Positions 32,915-44,930 of a stretch of 64,000 nucleotides of DNA are shown piece by piece. This DNA is from Synechococcus sp. GTDB lineage: Bacteria > Cyanobacteriota > Cyanobacteriia > Cyanobacteriales > MRBY01. The notes under the pieces are model-generated. The model ran no database searches. It was not told the DNA's origin and worked only from the letters and a program-made list of their open reading frames with translations. The stretch covers positions 5,567-69,566 of the forward strand of contig JAYKIK010000060.1 of NCBI GenBank assembly GCA_035284725.1. The letters are read 5' to 3'. The position numbers and the translations under genes were made by a program. The stretch's first letter is position 1, and every line of letters begins with the position of its first letter.

Positions 32915-33283
32915 ATGACCATTGCCCCCCAACCCATCCCGGCTATCGAATCCCCCGAACAGTTGGCAGCCTACCTCAACCAAGCAACCACATGGTCAGA
33001 AATTGAAGCCCTCACCCAGGCCTACCCCGACTTTAAAGCCACTGCCTGGAAAGGATTATCCCCAGAGCAACAAAATCGTATTCTCAAGCTGAGAGATTTT
33101 AAAGATAAGGCGATCGCCCAGGAATTTCCCCTCGGTTGTCTGGTTCAACGTCGCCAGGACCCCGAGCAAAAACAGGGCAAAGTAGTCGACTATTGGGAAG
33201 CCTATGGGGTGGAGTATGTGGTGTTTACTGTCGATGGCTTTACCGACTGGTGCCCCGGGACAATGCTCGAAAAGGTTGATTAA
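32915..33283 (+). CDS. Hypothetical protein
   Basis: 122-aa ORF filling the gap; typical codon usage; contains HIP1. Confidence 0.7.
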   Translation: MTIAPQPIPAIESPEQLAAYLNQATTWSEIEALTQAYPDFKATAWKGLSPEQQNRILKLRDFKDKAIAQEFPLGCLVQRRQDPEQKQGKVVDYWEAYGVEYVVFTVDGFTDWCPGTMLEKVD

Positions 33284-33396
33284 AGACCTGTAAATTCCCT
33301 GGGAAAATCAATATATATTGCTGCTCCTTAACTCTGAGTGGAGACCATGCTATGAAAAAGGATGTGCCCTTTTAAACTCCAATAAACCCTTGGCCT

Positions 33397-33618
33397 ATGC
33401 GTGATACCTCCGAAATTCGTTTTCAGCTCCACCATGAACTGAACCAGTGCTACCAAAAGCTGTTCGACACCCTCGCCAGTCTGGAGATTAAAGAGGGAGA
33501 TGCGGCCACCGTCGCCCAACTGTTGCTGAATTCCCGCCTGGATGCCCTCAAGCACCTCGTCAGCGAGGCAGAACGTCCCGCCTACGAAGCCCGTTACCCC
33601 GAAGATGCCGAAGATTAG
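33397..33618 (+). CDS. Small helical hypothetical protein
   Basis: 73 aa, ATG start, host-like codons; ends just before a terminator hairpin. Confidence 0.7.
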   Translation: MRDTSEIRFQLHHELNQCYQKLFDTLASLEIKEGDAATVAQLLLNSRLDALKHLVSEAERPAYEARYPEDAED

Positions 33619-33625
33619 TTTTCTG

Positions 33626-33660
33626 CAAAAAAATAGAGGGGATAAATTCATATCCCCCAA
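33626..33660 (-). terminator. Terminator between convergent genes (after ispG)
   Basis: ggggata-aattca-tatcccc stem with an A-run on its left (T-run on the minus strand). Confidence 0.6.
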
Positions 33661-33694
33661 ACTAAGTCATTGTTCAGAAAGCTTTTAGTTGTAT

Positions 33695-34915
33695 TTATTG
33701 GGGCGGATCAACCCAGCGGCCATCGGCTTTGATGAGGTTAATCAATTCTTCAACGCCTTGATCTTCAGGCACTTTCCGAATTTCTTCCCGACCACGGTAT
33801 AGAGAGATCACACCGGGGGTTTTACCCACATAGCCATAATCCGCATCGGCCATTTCCCCAGGGCCATTCACAATACAACCCATCACGGCAATATCAAGGC
33901 CCGTCAAGTGCTTTGTCGCTTCCCGTACCTTATGAAGCACTTCCTCTAGGTTAAACAGAGTACGACCGCAGGAGGGACAGGCCACATATTCCACCATAGT
34001 TTTCCGCAGACCCAGGGCTTGGAGAATGCTGTAACACACGGGGATTTCTTTTTCGGGAGCCTCAGTAAGGGAAACGCGGATTGTGTCGCCAATGCCTTCG
34101 GCGAGGAGGGTGGCAATGCCGGCAGTAGATTTGATCCGGCCATATTCCCCATCCCCTGCTTCGGTGACGCCTAGGTGGAGGGGATAGTCCATACCGAGTT
34201 CGTCCATGCGTTTGGCCATCAGGCGATAGGCCGCTAACATGACGGGTACCCGGGAGGCCTTCATGGAGATGATTAGGTTATGAAAGTCGAGGGATTGGCA
34301 GATGCGAATAAACTCCAGGGCCGACTCGACCATGCCTTCGGGGGTATCACCGTAGGTAAAGAGCATCCGTTCGGCGAGGGAACCGTGGTTAACGCCGATG
34401 CGCATTGCCTTCCCCTGATCCCGTAGGGAAACCACCAGGGGTTCAAGGGTTTCGCGGATTTTCTCCCCGATCGCCGCAAATTCTGCTTCGGTGTAGCCGG
34501 TGCGATCACCACTGGGTTGCTCAAAGACATAAAGACCGGGGTTGATGCGGACTTTGTCGACATGCTTGGCTACTTCCAGGGCAATTTTCATACCGTTGTG
34601 GTGAACATCGGCCACGATGGGAACGGGCTGATAGGTCGCGGCCAATTTTGCCTTGATTTCTGCCAGGGATTTAGCGTGGGCCATGCTGGGAACAGTGACC
34701 CGGACAATTTCACAGCCAATCTCGTGGAGGCGACGGATTGCGGCCACAGAACCATCCACATCGAGGGTATCTTCGTTGATCATTGACTGGACAACAACGG
34801 GGTAATCACTGCCGATGGTGACATTCCCAATTTTGACGGCTCTGGTTTTGCGCCGGTGGATCGTGGTGTCGACGAGGGAGTCGGTGGGGGACGCTGGACG
34901 CTCTAAAGCTTGCAT
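33695..34915 (-). CDS. ispG: 4-hydroxy-3-methylbut-2-en-1-yl diphosphate synthase
   Basis: [42 protein letters not shown]. Confidence 0.98.
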   Translation of the reverse strand: MQALERPASPTDSLVDTTIHRRKTRAVKIGNVTIGSDYPVVVQSMINEDTLDVDGSVAAIRRLHEIGCEIVRVTVPSMAHAKSLAEIKAKLAATYQPVPIVADVHHNGMKIALEVAKHVDKVRINPGLYVFEQPSGDRTGYTEAEFAAIGEKIRETLEPLVVSLRDQGKAMRIGVNHGSLAERMLFTYGDTPEGMVESALEFIRICQSLDFHNLIISMKASRVPVMLAAYRLMAKRMDELGMDYPLHLGVTEAGDGEYGRIKSTAGIATLLAEGIGDTIRVSLTEAPEKEIPVCYSILQALGLRKTMVEYVACPSCGRTLFNLEEVLHKVREATKHLTGLDIAVMGCIVNGPGEMADADYGYVGKTPGVISLYRGREEIRKVPEDQGVEELINLIKADGRWVDPPQ

Positions 34916-34986
34916 GGGACTCGAGGGTAAGGGATTACAAAAAGTCGCTGATGTTACAAGATCAAGGATAAGCGCTAGAAAAGATC

Positions 34987-36081
34987 CTAGGCAATGGCAG
35001 GGGATAGCTGGGCTTTAAACCTTTCGAAGTCAAAATGCTTCTGGCAGAGGGCCTGGGCCACTTCCACCTTGATCGGTTCCTGGAGGCGCACATGGTCAAA
35101 GGCTTGATCAATAATTTCCACGGTGGTCAGGGTGTCATAGTCCACGGAAAGGATCGGAATTTCCAGGTCTTCGGCACGATTTAGGATAATTTCCTGGGGA
35201 GCCACATGGCCCGTCAGAATCAAACATTGGGTAGATGTTTCTAAAGCTGCCAACTGGAGATCCGTGCGATCGCCCCCGGTGACCACTGCCATATTTTGTC
35301 GTTGTCGGAAATATTTCAGGGCGGAGTTGACATTCATCGCGCCAATGGTCAGGCTTTCCACCATCAGATCAAGGCGGTTGGCGCGACAGAGGACTTCGGC
35401 ATTGAGACGTTTCACCAGTTCCCGCACAGTCACACTCCGAAGAATGCGGTCCGCAGGCACCATCCCGTAGACATCGATCCCTCGTTGAGCGAGGAAAGGC
35501 TTAATCTGGGTTTCCGCGGTTTCAAGGGCTTCAGGGGGAATTTTATTGATTACGACCCCCATCAGGCGATCGCCCAGGAAGCGGTACACCGTCAACAAAC
35601 TGTCAATAAGGAGTTGGGGGTGATAGGGAATCACCAACAGAATTTGTGCATCGAGGGTCGCCGCGATTTCCCCCGCAGAGAGATTAAATAGGCTCCCTTC
35701 CCAGAGACTGTTGGGAGCTTCGATGAAAGTAACATCGCTTCTAATGCCCGCGAGGTCATCCTTGAGCTTTTGGGGGTAGTCCGTCTTATCCTGGCCCGTC
35801 AGTCGTTGGGTAACCGTTGCCTCATCCAAAAACAGCACCGGCGATCGCACTTCCATCTCCTTCAGGCCGAAAGCTTCCCCGAGAAACCGTAGATCATCTT
35901 CAACCCGGGTGAAACGACCATCCTGTTCGTCATGCCAAACCGTACCGATGGGCTTGCTATAGGCCACAGAGATTCCCTGTTCCCTCAGGCTATGTACCAA
36001 CCCAAGGAGGACAGCAGATTTACCGCTGTAGGGTTCGGTCGAGGCAACAACGATACACTGGGTTGAATTGGTCACACCCAC
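34987..36081 (-). CDS. Phosphotransacetylase N-terminal-like (BioD-like plus DRTGG domain) protein
   Basis: [10 protein letters not shown]-loop, [18 protein letters not shown]; no PTA catalytic domain. Confidence 0.85.
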   Translation of the reverse strand: MGVTNSTQCIVVASTEPYSGKSAVLLGLVHSLREQGISVAYSKPIGTVWHDEQDGRFTRVEDDLRFLGEAFGLKEMEVRSPVLFLDEATVTQRLTGQDKTDYPQKLKDDLAGIRSDVTFIEAPNSLWEGSLFNLSAGEIAATLDAQILLVIPYHPQLLIDSLLTVYRFLGDRLMGVVINKIPPEALETAETQIKPFLAQRGIDVYGMVPADRILRSVTVRELVKRLNAEVLCRANRLDLMVESLTIGAMNVNSALKYFRQRQNMAVVTGGDRTDLQLAALETSTQCLILTGHVAPQEIILNRAEDLEIPILSVDYDTLTTVEIIDQAFDHVRLQEPIKVEVAQALCQKHFDFERFKAQLSPAIA

Positions 36082-36148
36082 TACTCCTTTAGAAGCTCAT
36101 ATTCTCAATCCACAATAACGGAATTTCGTAACGGCGCAAACCGTGAGC

Positions 36149-36529
36149 TTACTCTTTCTTCAGACCCAAGAGTTCTCGATAGAAATCCTTTGGAAAGTCA
36201 ACGGATCCATCACGGCTAAAGCTCGTCAACAAATCAATGAGATAATCAACGAACTGGTTATTTGGTAGCGTAACGCTGTAGCTAAGATCTGCTTGGGCCG
36301 CAAACTGGAGGCGGCAACTGGTCATTTCTGAAGGCAACTTAGACACATACCAGCTCGCGACAAAGGGAATATCTTCCCCGCCATCAATAATTCTTTTCCC
36401 TTCGACAGAACCCTTCTGGTATAGTCCAAGGGCCTTGGGGAGCGTTTTTTGCTTGTTTTTGGGATAGTAGGGAGCATAAACCATTACTTCTCCCTTACCC
36501 GCCGGTTGAATGTTATCGAGGATGCCCAT
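36149..36529 (-). CDS. ebsA: Type IV pilus biogenesis / biofilm-suppression protein EbsA
   Basis: VMVYAPYY..LPKALGLYQKGSVEGKRIIDGGEDIPFVASW..CRLQF..LSY..DFPKDFYRELL matches the family pattern as recalled. Confidence 0.75.
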   Translation of the reverse strand: MGILDNIQPAGKGEVMVYAPYYPKNKQKTLPKALGLYQKGSVEGKRIIDGGEDIPFVASWYVSKLPSEMTSCRLQFAAQADLSYSVTLPNNQFVDYLIDLLTSFSRDGSVDFPKDFYRELLGLKKE

Positions 36530-36640
36530 GGTATCTCGCCAGTAAAGAATCGGTTCGTGTTGGGGATAGATTGCATTGTAGCTTGTCTCTTAGTTCGCCC
36601 CGTGTTCCTAATCTAAAAGAATTCCCTGAAAAGCGTTTCT

Positions 36641-37669
36641 TTGATTCCATTGAAAATGTTGATGACTATGGCCTGTTCCCATTTTTTAAGTGTGGCACCA
36701 ATGATGGACCGCACTGACCGTCACTTCCGTTACTTCATGCGCCAGATTACCCGGCGGACATTACTTTATACGGAAATGATTACTACCCAGGCGATTATCC
36801 ATGGTGATCGCCCGAAGCTTTTAAATTTTGAGGCAGCGGAACATCCCATTTCCCTGCAATTGGGAGGCGATAACCCAAAGGAATTAGCGGACTGTGCCAA
36901 GGTGGGGGAAGACTGGGGCTATGACGAAATCAACCTGAATGTGGGCTGTCCGAGTCCACGGGTGCAGCAGGGCAATTTTGGTGCTTGTTTGATGACCCAA
37001 CCGGAACTGGTGGCCGACTGTGTAGCGTCGATGCGGGCGGCAGTGAAAATCCCCGTTACCGTAAAACACCGGATTGGTGTCGATGATCAAGATAGTTACG
37101 AAGATCTCTGCCGTTTTATTCAGATTGTTTCCCAAACCGGGTGCGATCGCTTTTCTGTCCATGCTCGCAAAGCCTGGCTTCAAGGCCTGAGTCCCAAGGA
37201 AAATCGCACGGTGCCGCCTCTGCGGTACGAAGATGTTTATCGTCTCAAGCAGGATTTCCCCCACCTCTGGATTGAGATCAATGGGGGGATTACAGAATTA
37301 GAGCAAATTCAAGGCCATCTAACCCAGGTGGATGCGGTGATGGTGGGGCGGGCGGCCTATGACAATCCCTATCTATTTGCGACGGTGGATCGCGATATCT
37401 ACGGAGAAGCAGTCCCGCCTAAGAGCCGCCACGAAATTGTCGAGGGGATGCTGCCCTACATTGAACGCCACACCCAAGCCGGGGTGAAACTCCATAGTAT
37501 TAGTCGCCACATGCTGTCGTTATTTTTGGGACAACCGGGAACGAAAGCCTGGAAACGGTTTATCACCGAGGAAGCCCGGGGAATGACGGTGGGTCGGGAA
37601 ATCATTGAGCAGGCCCTCGCCCTTGTGCCCCAGATGCCAGAAACTAGCGAGCCGGTGGCCGTAATTTAG
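36641..37669 (+). CDS. dusA: tRNA dihydrouridine(20/20a) synthase (true start probably a downstream ATG)
   Basis: SVAPMMDRTDRHFR, NLNVGCPS, VHARKAWLQGLSPKENR. Confidence 0.95.
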   Translation: MIPLKMLMTMACSHFLSVAPMMDRTDRHFRYFMRQITRRTLLYTEMITTQAIIHGDRPKLLNFEAAEHPISLQLGGDNPKELADCAKVGEDWGYDEINLNVGCPSPRVQQGNFGACLMTQPELVADCVASMRAAVKIPVTVKHRIGVDDQDSYEDLCRFIQIVSQTGCDRFSVHARKAWLQGLSPKENRTVPPLRYEDVYRLKQDFPHLWIEINGGITELEQIQGHLTQVDAVMVGRAAYDNPYLFATVDRDIYGEAVPPKSRHEIVEGMLPYIERHTQAGVKLHSISRHMLSLFLGQPGTKAWKRFITEEARGMTVGREIIEQALALVPQMPETSEPVAVI

Positions 37670-37675
37670 GGAAAA

Positions 37676-39001
37676 ATGCCAATGGTGACACCGAAAATAA
37701 TTGTGCTTGATGATGACCCGACGGGTTCCCAAACGGTTCATAGTTGTCCGTTGCTGCTGCGTTGGGATGTGGATACCCTCCGCCAGGGATTGAGGGATCC
37801 AGCCCCCATTCTTTTTGTCCTGGCCAATACCCGGGCGTTAACGGAATCAGAGGCGATCGCCACCACAGAGGAAGTTTGCCAAAACCTAAAAATTGCCCTC
37901 ACCCGGGAAAACATCCGGAAATACTTTGTGGTTAGCCGTTCGGATTCCACTTTGCGAGGCCATTTCCCCGCAGAAACCGAGGCGATCGCCAAAACACTGG
38001 GGCTTTTTGATGCTTGTTTTTTTGCCCCTGCCTTTTTCGAGGGGGGACGGATTACCCGTGGTGGTACCCATTACGTCCGGGAGCATGGGCAGTTGATCCC
38101 TGTAGCGGAGACAGAGTTTGCTCAGGATCCTCTATTTAGTTTCCAGGACAGTTTTTTGCCGGATTTCATTGCTCACAAAACCCAGGGCACTGTCACCGCT
38201 GATCAAGTGGCTGTTTTAAGCCTCGATCAACCCGTTCAGGAGTTATTGTCTTATTTTTTGGCGCTGCGAGATGGCCAATATGTTGTTTTAAATGGCGAAC
38301 AACAGGTTGATTTTGATCGTTTAGTACCGGCACTGTTCCAGGCCATTCATCAGGGGAAAAACTTTCTCTTTCGCAGTGCTGCAAGCCTACTGACTTCCCT
38401 GGCTGAGCTTAGTCCCCAACCGATTCCGCCGGACAAAAGCTTTACCCTGAGGCGATCGCCCCAACCAGGATTGATCATTGTTGGCTCCCACACCCAAAAA
38501 ACCACCGCCCAACTGACGGAATTATTGCAGTTAGAAACTGTGGAAGGTATTGAAATCGATGTCCAACAATGCCAAACACTGCAAAGTCGTGATCAACTAA
38601 AGAGGTTCACCCTGGCGCAGATCCAACAAATTCGTCAGGCAGGCAGAACACCAGTCTTGTTCACCAGTCGCGCGGTGGTCAAGGATGATGATGCTTCCCG
38701 AAATCTCCAATTTGGCGAAAATATCACGGCTTTTTTCCTGGAGGCGATCGCCCAACTGCCCCCAGACCTCGGCTTTATCATCAGCAAAGGGGGGAATACG
38801 ACCAACGCCATTCTCCAAAGGGGTTTACAGGTTCCTATGATTCGCCTAATCGGCCAAATTATCCCCGGTTGCTGCCTCGTGCAAACCGAAAATGACCACC
38901 CGCAATTCCCAGGGTTACCTGTAGTATTGTTTCCCGGCAATGTGGGCGATCGCCACAGTTTAGTCACCGCTTACCAACGGCTCCAAATTCCTTGCCTTTA
39001 A
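37676..39001 (+). CDS. Four-carbon acid sugar kinase family protein (DUF1537/YgbK)
   Basis: IVLDDDPTGSQTVH, RSDSTLRGH, SKGGNT, FPGNVG. Confidence 0.88.
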   Translation: MPMVTPKIIVLDDDPTGSQTVHSCPLLLRWDVDTLRQGLRDPAPILFVLANTRALTESEAIATTEEVCQNLKIALTRENIRKYFVVSRSDSTLRGHFPAETEAIAKTLGLFDACFFAPAFFEGGRITRGGTHYVREHGQLIPVAETEFAQDPLFSFQDSFLPDFIAHKTQGTVTADQVAVLSLDQPVQELLSYFLALRDGQYVVLNGEQQVDFDRLVPALFQAIHQGKNFLFRSAASLLTSLAELSPQPIPPDKSFTLRRSPQPGLIIVGSHTQKTTAQLTELLQLETVEGIEIDVQQCQTLQSRDQLKRFTLAQIQQIRQAGRTPVLFTSRAVVKDDDASRNLQFGENITAFFLEAIAQLPPDLGFIISKGGNTTNAILQRGLQVPMIRLIGQIIPGCCLVQTENDHPQFPGLPVVLFPGNVGDRHSLVTAYQRLQIPCL

Positions 39002-39027
39002 CAGGTCAGATCCCTTTTTTTCTGTCT

Positions 39028-39777
39028 ATGAACGCCATTGAAACCCAATTTCGTGACCTCTTTAAAAACCATGCCGACCCCCAGCGGTGGCAGCCTAATC
39101 CCTCCCATTACCCTGCTCTTGCGACCCTCTACCAAGGTATTTGTGAGGGCAACCAACGGCTCAACCTCACCCGGATTACTTCCTTAGAAGCCTTCTGGGA
39201 AAAACACCTGTGGGATTCCTACGCAGCTCTAAGATTGGCTCTCCTGGGGCAACGTTTGACCCAACCCCAAGAACTGATCGATGTAGGGACTGGGGGTGGT
39301 TTTCCGGGGTTACCTTTGGCGATCGCCTTTCCCCAGTGGCAAATCACCCTGCTCGATTCCACTCGCAAAAAAATTAATTTCCTTGTTGAACTCAGCCAAA
39401 CTCTCCAGCTCAATACCCAGGGCATTGCTGACCGGGCCGAAACCCTGGGCCAAAACCCCAACCACCGCGAAACCTACGACATTGCAACGATCCGCGCCGT
39501 GGGAAAAGCCTCCCTCTGTGTGGAATACCTTTTGCCCTTACTCAAACTTGGTGGCCTGGCAATCCTCTACCGGGGGCAATGGTCTGAGGCCGAAACGGAA
39601 CAACTACAAAAGGCGATCGCCCAATGTGGCGGCAAACTTCTGGCCGTAGATCCCTTCGTCACCCCCATCAGCCAGAGCCAGCGCACCTGTCTCTACATTG
39701 AAAAAATTGCGCCAACCCCCGACCAATTCCCCCGAGCGATCGGCATTCCCAAACAGTCCCCCCTCGCTCCGGTTTAA
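39028..39777 (+). CDS. rsmG: 16S rRNA m7G527 methyltransferase
   Basis: NLTRIT..KHLWDS, DVGTGGGFPG, LDSTRKK, RAE, IRAV. Confidence 0.95.
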   Translation: MNAIETQFRDLFKNHADPQRWQPNPSHYPALATLYQGICEGNQRLNLTRITSLEAFWEKHLWDSYAALRLALLGQRLTQPQELIDVGTGGGFPGLPLAIAFPQWQITLLDSTRKKINFLVELSQTLQLNTQGIADRAETLGQNPNHRETYDIATIRAVGKASLCVEYLLPLLKLGGLAILYRGQWSEAETEQLQKAIAQCGGKLLAVDPFVTPISQSQRTCLYIEKIAPTPDQFPRAIGIPKQSPLAPV

Positions 39778-39927
39778 GCCTTACATATCAAGCACCCCAG
39801 GCCCCTAGGGAATCTTGTTTACTTGATCCCAAGAGATGGTAACCTGAGTATGGCAAATTTTTACATTTGGTTAAAACTTTGGGGCAGCCATTCCGTTCTC
39901 CCCTAAGGCAACGCCAAAAGATAATAA

Positions 39928-41385
<1,458 letters not shown>

Positions 41386-41493
41386 TTCCGATTTCTCCTA
41401 GGTCTCTGGGTTTGGTCAGTACCTGCTTTTGTGGGCTATGGGCCAAGCTCAGAGCCATACTTCTTCATATTTTTCTGAATTAGATTTAAGTAA

Positions 41494-41898
41494 ATGGCTT
41501 TAAAAGTACGAGTGATCACCCCCGACCGGACGGTGTTGGATGATAACGTCGAAGAGATCATCCTCCCCAGTAGCTCTGGTCAAGTCGGTATCCTATCTGG
41601 TCACGCGCCCCTCCTGACAGCCCTCGAATCTGGTGTTATTCGGGTTCGTACCAACGGCTGGGAGAACATTGCGATTACCGACGGCTTTGCGGAAGTAGAA
41701 GCAAATGAAGTTAAAGTGCTGGTCAATGCGGCCGCTAAAGGTCAAGATATCGACCTTGAAGAAGCCCGCCAAGCCTTTGAAGCAGCCAAAGCACAACTCG
41801 CTCAGGTTAATGAAGCAGACCGCAAGGCTGTTTTTGATGCCCGCAAGGAACTCAAGCGGACCCGGGCCCGTTACATGGCTGCCGGTGGTATGGCTTAA
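41494..41898 (+). CDS. atpC: ATP synthase F1 epsilon subunit (cyanobacterial name atpE)
   Basis: [21 protein letters not shown]; follows the beta subunit. Confidence 0.96.
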   Translation: MALKVRVITPDRTVLDDNVEEIILPSSSGQVGILSGHAPLLTALESGVIRVRTNGWENIAITDGFAEVEANEVKVLVNAAAKGQDIDLEEARQAFEAAKAQLAQVNEADRKAVFDARKELKRTRARYMAAGGMA

Positions 41899-41939
41899 GA
41901 TCTTTTTAGGGATTTTTCATTGCCAATAGGCAACACCCT

Positions 41940-41974
41940 AAAAAAAAGGCAGCTCCTGGGCTGCCCATTTTTTT
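41940..41974. terminator. Bidirectional intrinsic terminator
   Basis: A-run, ggcagc/gctgcc stem, T-run, between convergent genes. Confidence 0.75.
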
Positions 41975-42060
41975 ATCTAAAATTTCAGCTTTATTTAAAA
42001 AGCAAAAAATAAGGACCGACAAAAGCTTTGGCCTTCATGCTTTAGAAACTCTGGTTGGTA

Positions 42061-42381
42061 TTAGTTACTACCACTAAAGACCACTTCGGGGAATTTACCC
42101 TGAGCTTCGGCCATGCTGGTCTTCTTACCGTTTTCCTGCCAATAGTTAATGACTTCTGTGGCTTGGTTGAGCACTTCAATACGCTCTGCCTCAGAAATCC
42201 AGTGTTTCGCTTCTAGCTCGTCTTTTAGTTGTTGCCAAGCGTCGTTGCGGGGCCAGAAGAAATATGCGGTCAAGGGACTGGTGCCTTTCCCAACAACTTG
42301 ATCTACGGCGATCGCCACGTCTTTATCTAACCAAAGTACCTTTAAAAGAAATCTTTCTGCCAAAGAAGCCTCCAAACCCAA
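42061..42381 (-). CDS. ycf65: 30S ribosomal protein PSRP-3 / Ycf65
   Basis: [43 protein letters not shown]. Confidence 0.92.
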   Translation of the reverse strand: MGLEASLAERFLLKVLWLDKDVAIAVDQVVGKGTSPLTAYFFWPRNDAWQQLKDELEAKHWISEAERIEVLNQATEVINYWQENGKKTSMAEAQGKFPEVVFSGSN

Positions 42382-42596
42382 ATTTAGACAAATGGTTTCA
42401 AAAATTTACAGTCTATCATTTTACATTGAAGCGGGAGGTTTGGTTGCGTTTGTTTTAAATATCCCTGTCCCCGAGGAGTCAGTGTCGGTGGTGACAAGTC
42501 GATCGCCCCTGGGTTATGCCATTGGGACGGGCGAATGTTAAACTATTTCAATGTAGGTAAAACTTCTTACCTATGCCACCCCGATTAAGCAATCCT

Positions 42597-42621
42597 GAAG
42601 TGGGCCTGACCCGCTTTTTTT
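42597..42621 (+). promoter_or_regulatory. rimP leader terminator/attenuator hairpin
   Basis: aagtggg-cctga-cccgctt plus T-run, 17 nt before the rimP ATG; resembles the conserved rimP-nusA leader. Confidence 0.7.
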
Positions 42622-42638
42622 GTTGTCTAGATTCTCCC

Positions 42639-43100
42639 ATGGCTCATCTCCTCATCCCCCAAATCATGACCTGTGCCGAACCCATTGCCGCGGAATTGGG
42701 TTTAGAAGTGGTGGACGTGGTGTTCCAGACGAATAAGAAACCACCGGTGCTGAGAATTGATGTGCGGAACCTTTCCCAAGACACTGGCCTCGAGGATTGT
42801 GAGCGTTTTAGTCGCCAACTCGATCCCCAACTGGAAGCCCAAAATATCATTCCAGGAGCCTATGTTTTGGAAGTGTCCAGCCCTGGTACAGACCGTAATC
42901 TGATCACAGACCGAGAATTTATCGCCTTTCGTGGTTTCCCGGTGCGGGTAAAAACCTACGCCCCCTATAAGGATCAGAAAGAATGGTGCGGCACCCTCAA
43001 GGAACGGGATGAGCAGGCCATCCATCTCAATCAAAAAGGTAAGGCGATCGCCATTCCCCGGGAACTCGTCGCCAAGGTGCAACTGGACGACCAAGTCTAA
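42639..43100 (+). CDS. rimP: Ribosome maturation factor RimP
   Basis: DTGLEDCERFSR, YVLEVSSPG; ATG 42639 preferred over the ORF-track start. Confidence 0.95.
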   Translation: MAHLLIPQIMTCAEPIAAELGLEVVDVVFQTNKKPPVLRIDVRNLSQDTGLEDCERFSRQLDPQLEAQNIIPGAYVLEVSSPGTDRNLITDREFIAFRGFPVRVKTYAPYKDQKEWCGTLKERDEQAIHLNQKGKAIAIPRELVAKVQLDDQV

Positions 43101-43165
43101 AAGTCCATTGCATACCCAATCCATATTTTTTGTTCATTTACCGATTTTTCTATCCCTAAACATCT

Positions 43166-44410
43166 ATGTCCCTCGTCAGTCTCACTGGTTTAAGTGCCCT
43201 CGTTGAAGAAATTAGCGATCGCCACAATTTGCCCCAAAGTGCCGTCCACGAAGCCCTCCGGGAAGCCCTTCTGAAAGGCTATGAACGTTACCGCCGTTCC
43301 CTGACCCTCAACCAAACCACCCCTTTTGCCGAAGACTACTTTGATAACTTCGAAGTGGAACTCGACCTTGAAGACGAAGGATTCCGCGTCCTCGCCACGA
43401 AGGTCATTGTCGAAGAAGTAGAAAATTCTGACCACCAAATTGCCCTACGGGAAGTGCAAGAAGTGGCTAGCGAAGCCCAATTGGGTGATTCCGTGATTCT
43501 TGATGTCACCCCTGAACAGAGCGACTTTGGGCGGATGGCGGCGATTCAAACCAAGCAGGTCTTGCTGCAAAAATTGCGGGATCAACAGCGCAAACTCGTC
43601 CAAGAGGAATTCCAAGAGCTAGAAGGGGATGTTCTCCAGGCCCGGGTACTCCGCTTTGAACGAAATTTTGTTGTGATGGCCGTTACTAGTGCCTTTGGTC
43701 AGCCGGAAACCGAAGCTGAATTGCCTCGCCGGGAGCAGCTGCCTAATGATAACTACCGCGCCAACACTACCTACAAGGTTTATCTTAAGCAGGTGAAAGA
43801 AGGTTCCCACCGGGGGCCCCAGTTGGTCGTTTCCCGTGCGGCGGCAGATTTGGTCGTTTATCTTTTTGCCAATGAAGTGCCAGAAATCGAAGAAGAAATC
43901 GTCCGCATTGTGGCCGTTGCCCGGGAGGCAAATCCCCCCAGTCGCTATGTGGGGCCCCGTACAAAAATCGCTGTCGATACCCTAGAGCGGGACGTCGATC
44001 CAGTGGGCGCTTGCATTGGTGCCCGGGGTTCCCGGATCCAGGCGGTAGTGAATGAACTGCGTGGGGAAAAAATTGATGTGATCCGTTGGTCTCCGGATCC
44101 TGCCACTTACATCGCCAATGCCCTCAGTCCAGCTCGGGTAGATGGGGTAATCCTTGTGGATGCGGAAGAACGCCAGGCGACAGTACTGGTTCCCGAAAAT
44201 CAGCTCAGCCTCGCCATTGGTAAGGAAGGGCAAAATGTTCGCCTTGCTGCCCGCTTGACCGGTTGGAAAATCGACATCAAAGACAGTGCCAAATACGAAG
44301 CGGAACAAGCGGCCCAGACTGCACAAAAGGCCAATGCTCCAGCGGAAACAGAAGTAGAAGAAACTTTACCTGATGCCTTCGAGGTGGAAGAAACGCCCGC
44401 AGAGGCTTAA
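43166..44410 (+). CDS. nusA: Transcription termination/antitermination factor NusA
   Basis: FGRMAAIQTKQ, DPVGACIGARGSR, SLAIGKEGQNVRLA. Confidence 0.98.
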   Translation: MSLVSLTGLSALVEEISDRHNLPQSAVHEALREALLKGYERYRRSLTLNQTTPFAEDYFDNFEVELDLEDEGFRVLATKVIVEEVENSDHQIALREVQEVASEAQLGDSVILDVTPEQSDFGRMAAIQTKQVLLQKLRDQQRKLVQEEFQELEGDVLQARVLRFERNFVVMAVTSAFGQPETEAELPRREQLPNDNYRANTTYKVYLKQVKEGSHRGPQLVVSRAAADLVVYLFANEVPEIEEEIVRIVAVAREANPPSRYVGPRTKIAVDTLERDVDPVGACIGARGSRIQAVVNELRGEKIDVIRWSPDPATYIANALSPARVDGVILVDAEERQATVLVPENQLSLAIGKEGQNVRLAARLTGWKIDIKDSAKYEAEQAAQTAQKANAPAETEVEETLPDAFEVEETPAEA

Positions 44411-44460
44411 TCTTTTTTAGGAAGTCTTGATAAAGAAGATGATTGCCCCAAACCATCACC

Positions 44461-44715
44461 ATGGAGCCAAATCTACGCCGCTGTGTTGCCTGCCGAAAAC
44501 TTGCCCCCAAACAATCTCTTTGGCGAGTGGTTCGAGTCTACCCGTCCCAACAGGTACAATTAGATGGGGGTATGGGGCGCGCCGCTTATCTCTGTCCGTG
44601 CCACAGTTGTTTAGAACTAGCACAACGCAAGGATCGGCTGGGGCGATCGCTCAAAAAAAGTGTTCCTTCTGACATTTACCAAACCCTAAAACAGCGTTTA
44701 GACGCCCAAACATAA
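44461..44715 (+). CDS. ylxR: YlxR (DUF448) RNA-binding protein
   Basis: RRCVACR, GRAAYLC; located between nusA and infB. Confidence 0.9.
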   Translation: MEPNLRRCVACRKLAPKQSLWRVVRVYPSQQVQLDGGMGRAAYLCPCHSCLELAQRKDRLGRSLKKSVPSDIYQTLKQRLDAQT

Positions 44716-44930
44716 TTTCCCCAAAAGGCCTGTCTAAAGGCAAATTCATTTAAAATCTCCCCAAAATTATTTACCTTAAACCCCGATTAGTAACTGTTGA
44801 ATTCTAGACCGCCTGGAGGCTCCTCCTTTCCCTATTGCTTCATATTTCTCTGGATTTAGTCTGCCATAATCCACCCTCTTCTCTAACAATCCCACCTACC
44901 CATATAGCTAGTAATTAAGGACATTATTGG

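Noticed and set aside
33328-33660. 110-aa minus-strand ORF
   Set aside because: Antisense to the better supported 33397-33618 gene and starts inside a terminator hairpin.
42573-42638. N-terminal extensions in the ORF track for rimP (likewise rsmG, lepB and the OMT)
   Set aside because: The extensions run through a leader terminator or neighbouring genes; downstream ATGs match the family N-termini.
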